A stretch of 63,481 nt of DNA, counting the filler, from Choristocarpus tenellus KU-1152 (lineage: Eukaryota > Protista > Phaeophyceae), in assembly GCA_964200185.2 (NCBI GenBank). It is 8 parts of 8 records of this genome, joined end to end, with 100 filler letters (N's around TTAATTAATTAA, not from the genome) between each part and the next. Parts side by side here need not be neighbours in the genome. Positions count along the whole stretch, not along the records: positions 51,589 to 55,867 come from CAXNAD020015321.1; positions 55,968 to 60,428 come from CAXNAD020014439.1; positions 60,529 to 63,481 come from CAXNAD020023404.1; 5 more parts are not named here. One strand, written 5' to 3'. The notes under the pieces were generated by a model that did not search any database, was not told where the DNA came from, and saw nothing but the letters and a program-made list of their open reading frames with translations. Position 1 is the stretch's first letter, and every line of letters starts with the position of its first letter. The position numbers and the translations under genes are program-made. Shown piece after piece: positions 52,842 to 63,481 of the stretch.

Positions 52842-53276
52842 CTTTCTTTCCGAAGCACTAGTGGCAGACTCATCCTTAGCCTGTACCTTTGTTGTCACCT
52901 CTGCCTGGGACGTGTGCATCACATCACTTTCATCCACCACGTCCACCTGCCCCTTCCATTCCAACTTCGTTTCTGCATCTTCCTTTACCCCCTTACCCTC
53001 CTCTTTGTCCAACTCAGTCAGTGCTATCTCCAGGCCATCAATGACTCCAGTCATAACGTTCTCCTCCGTCTCACTCAGGTCTTTGCGATTATTTCCAGTT
53101 TCATCATTATTCACATTTGGAAGCACACCATCATCCATCTCTGTCAAACAGCCCATCTCCTTCTCCTGCTCATCCTCATTGACAATGCCTATATCTTGGA
53201 TGGGACCGGTACTATTGCCCTCATTGTCCACAGCAGTATTGTTTGGGATTATCTCATGACTGTTTGTGCTGTCATT
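52842..53276 (-). CDS. Acidic low-complexity internal exon of an unknown protein (145 codons)
   Basis: ggcag acceptor at 53277 and gtggga donor at 52841. Open, phase 0/0, E/D/K-rich. No recognisable domain. Confidence 0.5.
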
Positions 53277-54179
53277 CTGCCCCCGTCACAGTAACAACAA
53301 AGAAGCAATAGCACATGTGAAACTGAAGGAGAATGCTAAGCACATGTAAGCAATTAGATTATAACGTCGGTCATTGAATATTATTGTTGCATCTGAGAAC
53401 TTATTTCCATTGGTGTACGCAATCCTTAGTCTTTGGAACTGTAGGCAGTACACGTTGATGATACGAATAAGGAGAAGGGGTGAAAGGAACAATAAAACCT
53501 AAGCCCAACTCCCTTATCACTGATACGAAAATGTGCATGATATCGAGTAAGTTAGTTAAAAAGACACGAGAGTTTAAGTATATTGTACACAGGTGGTAGT
53601 CCTACCAAACACCACATACCCATAGTGTAGTCCATACAGTTCAGCAATCAAGGCAAATGATATATACAACTCTAGCTTGTTGCACTACAGTTGAGGAGAA
53701 TTAATGTGTGGCAATGAGGCATCAAATCATAGTCAGGACTGAAATTGACAATGTCTCCATGGTTTAATGTTTCAGTGACCTATGCTGGTATTACTACTAG
53801 TTGCATCCATTGTGTATGCTGTTGCGACAGTAATGGTTGCTTGCTTGGGTGTGTAGGTTAACTCGGCGGCGGACTTTGAGTCTGACCGTTCATAGGTCAG
53901 TTGTTTGAAGCTATTTTGTGCATTTAATCTCAGTGAATAACTCCATAAGTTTGGAATATCGTGTCAACTTACAGAGGTAAGACTACTGAGTGAGGTAGAC
54001 CTATTACAAGAGCGCAGGGTGGGAGAAGTAAGACAAAACGCGAAAAAAGAACAGTGTTTTTTTCTGCAGCTGATTCACCACCCTGAGCTTGGGGCAGACA
54101 AGTTCGCAGTCCTACATTATTACTTGTATAAGGTCAGATTTCCCGGGATGATGGTGGGGTCGGAGGGACAAGTGTTGGA

Positions 54180-54800
54180 AGCCTAAGGAAAATATGCCCT
54201 GAGGAGAGGCTGAGGTATGAGTGCTCTGAGTAGAAGCTTAGGTGGAAAGGTCTGCGAAAAGCCTTCAGTGTGAAACGAAAGATTCGCTTGGCGTAGTTCA
54301 GCATGGGTCCATTGTTGCTGATATGACGGATCCGATGAGGTGCTCTGTGAGAGGTTTGATGTCTTGTGAGTTAAAGGTTGTGCATGCATTCACTCTGAAT
54401 ATATAAAATTAGATGTGTTATGGGTGCTCACGAAGGGCAGGGTGAACTCAAGGGAGCAAGCTGGATGTCTGCTTCTTAGTACTCTCGAGGCAGTCTCGGA
54501 ACGCATAGCCAACTGTCGTATCTATGAAAAGAACAACCCTCAGATCTATGAAACAGAATAAAATATTAACATCTAGGGCAACGACTGTGGCCAAGTGATC
54601 ATTGGTTTAATTGAATTTGTGTGTGTCATACACATGTACTGTTCCACAGACAGGAACAGTGAACGCCTGAAGAAAAAAATGAAATGTACATTCGTGACGG
54701 AACCGTATTGGTAAGGTGTTGGAGTGTCTGCATAGTCATGAGACTCTATCATGATCCAAGACAGTTGTTGCAATCACTTGAGTATCCTGGAGTATAACTA
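54180..54800 (-). mobile_element. CRE-like non-LTR retrotransposon RT remnant, copy 2 (more decayed)
   Basis: Shares translated blocks with copy 1 in the same order: TWPQSLP, MHxQPL, HTEG. Confidence 0.45.
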
Positions 54801-55967
54801 TCTTTGGTGAACTACTCAGTGGGGCTGAGGTAGGCTGGATTGTAGGAAGAATAGTACCTTGGATGAGCTAGTCTTTCCTCAGGGGCATGAATAGAAGAAA
54901 ATAAGTGTACAAAGGATCACTAGAGTTTTGAATTGGCCTGGTTTTCGACTTTGAATAATATTGAGATACTTGCTGTTTTGGTTGTAGGGCGAGGACACAC
55001 AGTGTCGAGAGCATAAGGGTCCCCTAGGTAGTGGTGGACCCGGCTTGAGACTACTATTTTTGGGGTATCGTACGTTCCATTTTGTTCAACTTTTGTTGAA
55101 GAAAGATCACAGGAGAATTAAAGAGAAAAAATACACCTGTAGATAGTAGGTTTCCCCTGTAAGTAGCTAGTGATATGGAAAGAGCTTGATCTCTCCTCCT
55201 CTGTCCATACAAAGTTTCAGTACCCACGGGACACATAGGAACCTTGTGAGCATAGTGTACTTCGCCACATACATACCAGCAATTGTGCTAATCGTTCCCC
55301 TCTTAGATCTGTGGTGAATGTGATGTGCTGGTACAGGGCAACACGACTCAGTGTGAACATATGTATACGTGTTACAAGCGGTGGGAGGTTTTGACTCTGC
55401 TAATAGAAAGGTACGTTTCCCCCTAAAATATGGGGTTTGTGATCGTCTACATTAGTTACCTATGCACTTAGGTGATAATTACATTGTTCCTTGTACAATA
55501 TGTGTTTCCCCCCTGACACATCTGTAAAGTGTCAGAGGGCATAATAATAAACGTATATAGGCAGCGTATTAGGAAGAGATATGGTACGATGTATCTTCAA
55601 AGTAATAATAATTAATTATCTCTGTACATAAGTTTGCACCGCCAAACATCTCACCGAGCGAGAACGGCGCTGAATCGGGCGATAACCTCACAGAATGAAA
55701 TCGGGCTGACAATATCGACTTTCAGAAAAGGTGGGGGTCGAGGATCATTAGGTATAAACTCGAGGTGCTTCAAGCCATCAACGTAGGGGCCTTTCAGGGT
55801 GATTTTGAGGCCAGAACTGGGCACATCGAGGGTCAGAACGTCGGCATGGCAAACCCCCCGTCGACCCNNNNNNNNNNNNNNNNNNNNNNNNNNNNNNNNN
55901 NNNNNNNNNNNTTAATTAATTAANNNNNNNNNNNNNNNNNNNNNNNNNNNNNNNNNNNNNNNNNNNN

Positions 55968-56124
55968 GGTACTGGCGTCCGTTTTTCACGCTTTGGTCGC
56001 TTTTTACTTTTTTGGTGTAATTTGGTCGCACGTGTCGGATTTGAAATGTCAGCAAAAAAAAAGTTGTTTGACAGAAACGGACGCCTCCACACAAACCACC
56101 CCCACCCCCCAGACACTTTGACCC
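55968..56124 (+). mobile_element. MITE family D partial copy; related termini at 1-32, 22994-23030, 47936-47957 and 51589-51674
   Basis: ggcgtccgttttt...aaacggacgcc...cccccagacactttgaccc. The same terminus (cccccagatactttgaccc or its reverse complement) recurs at the listed sites, mostly at contig edges. Confidence 0.7.
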
Positions 56125-56149
56125 ATTTGTTCTTGATACAATGCAGTAT

Positions 56150-56950
56150 CACCAGTTCATACTGAATGTTGATTGGTCCATTGTAATGGTCATTACCTCC
56201 AATCATATAATCACAAAATCATCAATCCCTATTTGTGATGGACAATTGTGGTGGATCAGAGCTTGTACTTACTGAAAGACATGGTATTGGCACGACTTCA
56301 AAATTATCATCCATCACAAAGAGAGTCGAAAAGGAGGGACCTTTCCAGACGACTACAGGTCTATGATTGGTGGTATACAATGGGCTGCGATCATGACTAG
56401 ACCTGATACATCATTTGAGGTTTGAGAATTGGGTTAGTGTGTGAAAAATCAATTTTTTCTTATGGTGTAATGAAAAAAGATTGATTAGGTACTCAAGAGC
56501 ATGGAATTACTGTTGGTGACTTTGGATTGTAAGGAAACGGAACAAGTGGTCAGTCAATAGGCTCTACAGATAGTGGTTATGCATACTGAAAGAACAGTAG
56601 ATTATCTATTACTGAAAGCGTGATAATATGATGGGCTGTTTGGTGATTGTGTGAAGATCCACAAGAAGTTCAAGGCAGGGGAGTGTGTCAAGATTATGCT
56701 TTAATTCTTGTGAGAAAATAGTTCCGAGTTAGGGTAAGCAATGAGTTGTTGGACTATTGTTGGATTAAAGAATTATTTATAGCAATTTTTTTAGTTAGGT
56801 GATTACAAGAATACATTCCAGAATATTATAGTACAACAAGAAGAATCCTAGAAGAGGAATGTTGTAGCACTAACATCCATTGAGTGAAGAGTTCCTCGTG
56901 ATTAGAGATGAGTGAAAGGTCTATCACCCCCACGATTGAGTGGCGTTTCT
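56150..56950 (+). mobile_element. Ty1/Copia RT-RNase H remnant
   Basis: DYRSMIGGIQWAAIMTRPDTSF (Copia YRSLVG.L.Y...TRPDI.F) and IGSTDSGYAY..NSRLSIT (RNase H GY.DAD.A...RRS.SG). Confidence 0.75.
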
Positions 56951-57699
56951 CTCTCCGGTTTTCTACTCAGTAGAACCTAACTACCATACATATTTCTAAC
57001 CCTAAGACTTATGATTCTACACATTCTTTAGCACCACCAAATCTATCTCGTTTTATGGATCAGTAATTAGTGATCACATAATACTTTTGACCATGTTTAC
57101 CATTCCAGAACTCTTCCATATTCCACTTCTTGAACCCGTACATATCTTCTGTTCTTCAGATCACAAACATAGTCTATTCCATCGTTAGGTTGTTTCTTAG
57201 GGTTTTTACCTGTTCACGTGAATAAGAAGTGTAATGTGTTGAAACCTGTGTTTGTATGTGTCGTGCTTGGTTGTGCTGTGGCTCGCTTGTGGGGAAGAGT
57301 GTCCTAGTGCAACAAAGCACCAATGAATTTGTTACTGGTTGATCTGACAACATTTCTTGTTCAATCAGATGATGGTTTATGAAAAAGTGTGGTCATTTAT
57401 TGAGGCACTAAATTGAAGAAATGTATGCTCTGTGGAGGGGTATGTCATCTTGTCTAAAGCGGGTTTGTGAGGATTTATTTAACTTTGATAAAAATATGTT
57501 TTGTATCAGGTACATGTAGTGCAGAGTGAGCATGAAGTATTTTGAGAGGGCAATGCCAGACAAGAATAATATTTTGTACAAGTGACAACTTCTCATGTGA
57601 GGAGAAAGAGAAGAGAAAGAAAATGGGACCTAACAGTGACACAAATGTAATCAATATCTAACAGAACCCATGCGACACATACATGCCTATATGCTCTCT

Positions 57700-58780
57700 A
57701 TGTGCTGTGATGTTCTGAGATTGAACTTCAACTCTGGATCCAACAACACATTTCACAAAAAAAAATCATAAACCTTCTCATTCTGTATGCAACACAGTTG
57801 TAAGTTCCCAACCATGGTCGCATGAAGCGTCTGTCCTGTCCCAACAGTCGCGGACTTTCCACTAACAGGAAGGTGATCATCAAAGCAATGTTGTTGTTGG
57901 TCATGTTAGCAGAACACCCAGTATCACAATACCATACATGATCTCACTGTTCAACGTTCTCATCGCTCACCGTCGAAAAAAACCTAAGTATCTTCATCGT
58001 TCCATTATTTCCACCGTTCCTCTTCCCTTGACAAAGTCTCTTCCTCTGCGTAGTTGCTGCACCATCTACGACTTGATTGGCTGTCGCCGTATCCACTGCA
58101 AGTCCAGGACAATTTTTAGCTTTGTGTTGTGGTCCACTGCAAATGCAGTAGGCACCAGATAATTTGCCTGTTACAGGTGGGGAAGAAACAGACACACATG
58201 TACTGTGGTTCACAGCACTTGAAACATTTTCTCCTTGACCATGATGTCCATCCGATCATGTAGGGTGAAATCCACCATGATAAATGTTGAGCTTCCTCTC
58301 AACATCAGGACTCCACATTGTGAATCCCAATACCGCCGTTCCCCAACCTCCTCCTGATCCTGTAGCTAATGCAAACCCTCCTTTGAAGTTGTAACCTAAC
58401 AATTCGACCCACATCGGAAATCTGGTGGATCTCGACCATAAAATCTGCAGCAAAAGAATTGTGAAAGACTGTCAGCTGCTCTTCCTTGTCAGGTTCGCCA
58501 CCAAGACTCTGCAACTTCTTCACCAGCTTCTCAATCTGTTGAAAAAAATCCGAAAGATCCTCCCAATCGTTTAACGTAGTTCGTGTAGGCTGGTCCTCAA
58601 GATCGATTGTTCGGTGATACCATCTCCTTCGAAACAGTCTCTAATTGCCTGAAAACCTTCGAAGGGCTATCGTGATTGTCAACAATGTCAAGTGCAAGTA
58701 CACCTACACTCGCAACCAGCTTCGTCAATGCCATGCTAGCTTCTTGTACTTACCGGCTTTCCCACCTTGACGTAGCTTCC
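57700..58780 (-). mobile_element. Ty1/Copia gag-protease remnant
   Basis: gag-like ..EDLSDFFQQIEKLVKKLQSLGG.., zinc knuckles KCFKC.. and CICSGPQHKAKNCP, protease motif WYCDTGCSANMT (W.LDSGAS.HMT). Many stops and frameshifts. Confidence 0.75.
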
Positions 58781-60845
58781 CTCCAGGCCAACCCTGATGT
58801 GTTCATGAGTAAGTAGTGCATCCATCCACCCACCCAAGACAGCACAAGTTAACAATCGTTTCTTGTACTTGTGAAATCTCTCACCATCATGGATTTGCCC
58901 TAGTACAAGAATCTATGGATTTGCTGCGTCTCGGAAACTATTCCTACCATCACAGAAGATCTTTGATTTTGTCATGTACACCATGGAATAACCATGTCCG
59001 TAGCATAAAATACTCCCTCTACTACAGGTCAATGTGTACCCCTTTGAAACTCCGGCAGGACAATTAACCCTTTTCCACTCTGCTGTATGCACCAACCTCT
59101 CCATTCTGAACATGAATGTCCGAGAATATTGAAATTTCCTACCACAGCCGCCCGAAATACTACGGTAGGAATCACCCCAACTCCAGAATTTGGTGTCAAT
59201 CTCTTTTAACCCACTGTCACATCGCACTTATTCCTCCACTATCCCTTTCTATCTTTATTGGGCCTGGATAAACCCTACAACGTATCCGACTTGCCTCATT
59301 TCACCACCCATATCCCGTTCCCACCATACACCAAGATATTATGTATCAACATCATACTCCCCATACCTTAAAGGTTTCTTTATACAATTGGTCTGGTTCT
59401 CGTGCATCGCCATCCTTACTACTGGTCATTCCCCCTTCTGCACTGTAAAAAAGATTGCTGTTATAAAGATTGCTCGGAGGTCGCCATGATCTTGCCCTGC
59501 ATGTACTGTACCTCTTTGCCTTCACTTTACTTCTGTCCATTCCCTCCTACCTCGTGACTCCTTCTACCACTCGTAACTTTAGCTTCTTTCCCACCTCTTC
59601 TACTTTTCACATAGCCACCCACCACGTAACTCTTCGTCCAAAACAATATCGTTTTTACCCTACACAACCCTCCACCACCCATACGTCATCCCTCCCAGAT
59701 TTCTCCCTTCACCCAACTCAGATTTGTTCATATACTTCCTCTGTAGATATTCTACCGCATTCTAAAAAAATCATCGAACAATTACATGTGTTTTTTTTTG
59801 GTACTGCACATACATAGGTATATATATTTTCCGAATCATACTACCAGAATTCCTTCTGAAAAAATATTACATACATTCACCCTTTTCTTCCACCTATCTT
59901 TAGGTTTTTGCTTATTCTTTTGGGTTCTGTTCCTGAATTCAGTTCCTTTTCATTCTATAACTTGATATTCCTTTTTGCTATTTATTCCATTTTCTCCAAA
60001 AAAAAGTTTGAAATTCCCAAATAGCAAAACTCGTTCCAGTTTGGATCAGGAATTGTATTAAAATATAGAAATTCTTGTTGTACAAACAAAAATATTTTAT
60101 CAAACGTTTATTGTTAATTGGTTTCCCCCTGACACATCTGCAAAATATCAGAGGGCATAATAAAAACATTATTGTTAATATATTACATTCTTTACATCTT
60201 GTAATCTTTCGATATATACATGTAAGCGTTGCTTTTCTACTGATTTTGCATTTTCAATACAAAAAATATGTGAAGCACTTAAATATTGACTACAATACTA
60301 ACATCAAGTCTTTGTTCATTCAGAAATCAAGAATATTTCAATCTTGGTACCATGTACGCCAAATTGTTTCGGTCACTACGCAAGTGACATTGTCTCGACG
60401 TGGCATGCGTTTTAAGCTGGAGTCACCANNNNNNNNNNNNNNNNNNNNNNNNNNNNNNNNNNNNNNNNNNNNTTAATTAATTAANNNNNNNNNNNNNNNN
60501 NNNNNNNNNNNNNNNNNNNNNNNNNNNNGCGTGTTTGAATGCATCTTGCAGAGGTTTCCAACTGCACAAGGCAAGGCTTCCACTTTATTCCCCTACCAGC
60601 AACGTACTGTACTGCTATATGATAGCATGACCCAGGAAGAAGGGCACTTTTCGCGACATATTTTTTCGCGCGCGCCACTCTCGCTTGAATATATCTGGTA
60701 TTTTGTGCCAAATCGCCCGAATACGAGAATTCCGGTACAAACGTCTATTTTTTGGGGCATGTCGAAAAAAAGTGGTACAAAATTGAATATTTTGAATTTG
60801 GTTCATAATATTTGGCCCAAAATAGGGTAACCTGCTGTACTAGCA

Positions 60846-60941
60846 TTTCCTAACAAACACGATAGCCAAAATAACATCAAGATCGCAACATTGGATTTAG
60901 CCCCAAATGGACGCAGCTCTACCCCTAAGATACTTTGACTC
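60846..60941 (-). mobile_element. MITE family B terminus (possibly the end of a longer element starting at the contig edge, 60529)
   Basis: ttcctaacaaacacgatagccaaaat...ctacccctaagatactttgactc is nearly identical to 352-450. Confidence 0.8.
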
Positions 60942-62140
60942 CCTTTCAAATGTGTGCTCGTGTGAACTGCGCATGCTATCCAAACCTATTTATTATACCC
61001 GGGTCTTGCTTCAGCTCTTTTATCACCTCTACGGTTGCTTCTATCTGGTTTCAGTCTCATGCGTCTGTTCACCATCTCAACTTCCACAATAGTGCATTCT
61101 TCAATTCATCTATTTGAAACAAAATCAGTGTGGGCTTTAATCCTTGCGCACCTGCTCGCGCAAATGACTATTGCTTATTTTAAAAGTTTTTGAGGTAGGA
61201 TTGGAGTAAGGGTGGGTGATTATTACATTTTTACAAACCCAACACCCACGCACGGGTTGGGCTGGCTCAAATCAACTCTAATTGATTGCCATTATCTGCT
61301 CTCCTATGTATCACAAGTTTGCTTGTCATGTCACACCTTCTGCGTTTGTGTCATGAGTACCAGCTCTTGCTCTCCCGTTTGTGTTCGCACCAAGCACACA
61401 AGTTTCCCACAAGAACTCTCCTTTTGCCTGCACCTTGCACTGGCTCTAACCAGCTCTACACTAGTACCTGGTCTTTGGGCTCACACCTCTACTGACTGTT
61501 TCACGTCTCACGTGTTTTAACAAAAATATTCTGCGACGGTTCTATTGTATAGCAAGATAGTGTGTGCTCTTTTTGTGTGCTGTAGACAAAATGTTGTTGC
61601 ACACGCAGGATTCCAAAGCTTCAAGGCAGTCATGTGCCAAAGAGAGGTCACATAGAGCCTTAGAGAGCAGAGGAAGAGCAGGGGAGCCTTGATCTCGCCG
61701 ATTCTGAGATGCTCCAGAGGCACGTGCAGAAAGAAGTATACACCCCATAAGCGACACAATAAAACTAATGTTCCATGTGCGATGGGGTCTGACATCACCG
61801 CGATCAACCGTCTCCTTGTGCAACAAACAGGGTCACACCAGTTGAATATCATACACCCACATGCCTCAAGAGGACCTAACAACACTCCTTAAGGGGTCAA
61901 TATATGACAATAAGATGTGGTGGGTGGGGAAGGCTGAGGAAGCGATGCAACAGGCAAAAAAGGTCTGCCTGTTGTTGCTACAATTGTACTGAGTATTGTA
62001 GCTCCCCCCTCCCCTGTCCCCCACCTTCAGGTCTCCCTCTCATGCACCACAACAATCTACCAGGCTGACCATTCACATTTTCTCCTTTCCCTCTTCCCTA
62101 AAGTCTACAAGTGCTACCTCTCCCCCTCCCCCCAAACCCC

Positions 62141-62929
62141 CTATGTTCTTTCCCCTCCATCAGGGTTCGTATCATCATCTCCCTCCTCCTCTCCTTCTTC
62201 TTGTCCATCGTCTGCATCTGGGTCAACTCCCCTCATCAGTTTCTCCAGCCTTTCCAACCCTTGCGTAGCAACTGTGCAACTGGGGTTCAGGCTGTTCTTG
62301 CCCATGCACAAATTAAAAGAGAGAGCAGCGATGACAGGAAATCCCGTTATTTTGAGTACAAAACTCCAAAGCTTAGGGTCAAGGGTGGAGCCGGACAGTG
62401 TAGGCATACAAGTTTATGCAACAGAACACCATCCACACCTAGGTGCTTCTCCCTGGACACTTGGATTTCACAGTTGGGTGATTTAGGATCAGGGTTAGTG
62501 GTAGCGTTAGGCTAAGGATGCCATCAGTACAAAACGATTTCTCACACTAGTATATAAGAAAACTGTAGCACACTCCACTAGAGGTGGAAGAGCAGTACAT
62601 ACTGCAGCTGCATGTTGGTCCCCACGCCACTACCTAATTACTAATTTCCTCTCCCCTAAAGTCTCTCCACCCCTTCCTCTCATTGTCCACCTCCTTGCTC
62701 AAGCTACCTCAATTTAATCCCCCTTGACATACCATCATCTACCGCTCTTCCCCTCCATTAGTGTCCCTCCCCCATACTCCCAAATCTGCATTCACGTTAG
62801 TGTGTGTCTTACCTGATGGCCATGTGATAGTAAGCCAGGGCATCATCGTACTGGTTATTTAATGTGTATGCTTCCGCTAGCTTAGTGTAGAGTGTGTCCC
62901 TTGTATGGTGTGGCAATGCCTTCACAAGA
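62141..62929 (-). CDS. APC7: Anaphase-promoting complex subunit 7 (TPR), last two exons
   Basis: Exons 62813-62929 (LVKALPHHTRDTLYTKLAEAYTLNNQYDDALAYYHMAI, donor gtaag) and 62141-62291 (SLNPSCTVATQGLERLEKLMRGVDPDADD..acidic tail, TAG). Matches the APC7 C-terminal TPR plus GLERLEK..KG.DPDA and acidic tail as recalled from plant and animal APC7. Confidence 0.85.
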
Positions 62930-63481
62930 CTTTCACGTGAAATCAGCACCAGGGGAGGGGGGGTCAAGAACGGGCAGATAGTTTAGGAGGATTGGCGCCC
63001 ACTTGAAGGGGACTTACCGATAAGCAGAGACCCTTATCGTGATACAGCTGCTAAACAGTGACCGTGCTCATTCCCAGACTGAACAGCATAACACACCTGA
63101 TATTAATCCTGCTGCAACACAATCTACACTCAAAACACTGCTATATATTTCACTTCCCATTCGTTACATACAACACACCATGAAGAAACACAACACGACA
63201 TGGGAACACATGATCTGAGAAGGAGCTGATTCAGGGATGAGAAATAGCTTCCGCCCATGAACTTCGAACAACACTGGATCAAACAATGTCCGCAGTATGG
63301 CCTCAACAGTGTATGCAACCTGGCCTGTCAATCCATATGCATGTACACCTACTTATCTACACCACTCTCACACATTCTAGCTGGCATCAATGCATCAGTT
63401 CCTTCATGCATACAATACCGTAGTTTCTCGGAGCAAAAATCTTTCACATAAAAAAAAATGCGTAAAAGTGGGGATGGGGGG

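Noticed and set aside
27046-60528. Apparent cluster of MORN, POP1, SCS-beta and APC7 fragments, and the recurring TTAATTAATTAA palindrome
   Set aside because: Artificial concatenation linkers. The gene order across them and the palindrome itself are not biological.

Overview
Eukaryotic, intron-rich genomic DNA, most likely a brown alga or close photosynthetic stramenopile (inferred from a brown-algal-like 5S rRNA remnant, TTAGGG telomere repeats and kb-long introns). The window is eight contigs joined by artificial 100-bp N44-TTAATTAATTAA-N44 linkers, so adjacency across linkers is not biological. Contig 1 (1-27045) holds two head-to-head spliced genes: a complete 7-exon HAD class IIA hydrolase (- strand) and a 3'-partial 10-exon GT14 (Core-2/I-branching/xylosyltransferase-like) glycosyltransferase (+ strand) with a GC-AG intron. 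It also has an orphan LNR/Notch-repeat exon. Other contigs carry gene fragments: MORN-repeat protein, C2-domain-like protein, POP1, succinyl-CoA ligase beta, an acidic unknown exon and APC7. The rest is TE debris (related TIR MITE families with 4-bp TSD, Copia, RTE and CRE-like LINE remnants), a 5S rRNA pseudogene and many minisatellites. Most notable: (i) about 40 short interstitial (TTAGGG)n tracts, nearly all in the introns of the two long genes, two of which appear to supply the CTAAC branch point/3' splice site; (ii) a CpG-rich bidirectional promoter flanked by strongly CpG-depleted gene bodies, suggesting gene-body CG methylation; (iii) a set of Sola-like MITEs. All exon coordinates and family calls were made by eye, without database searches.
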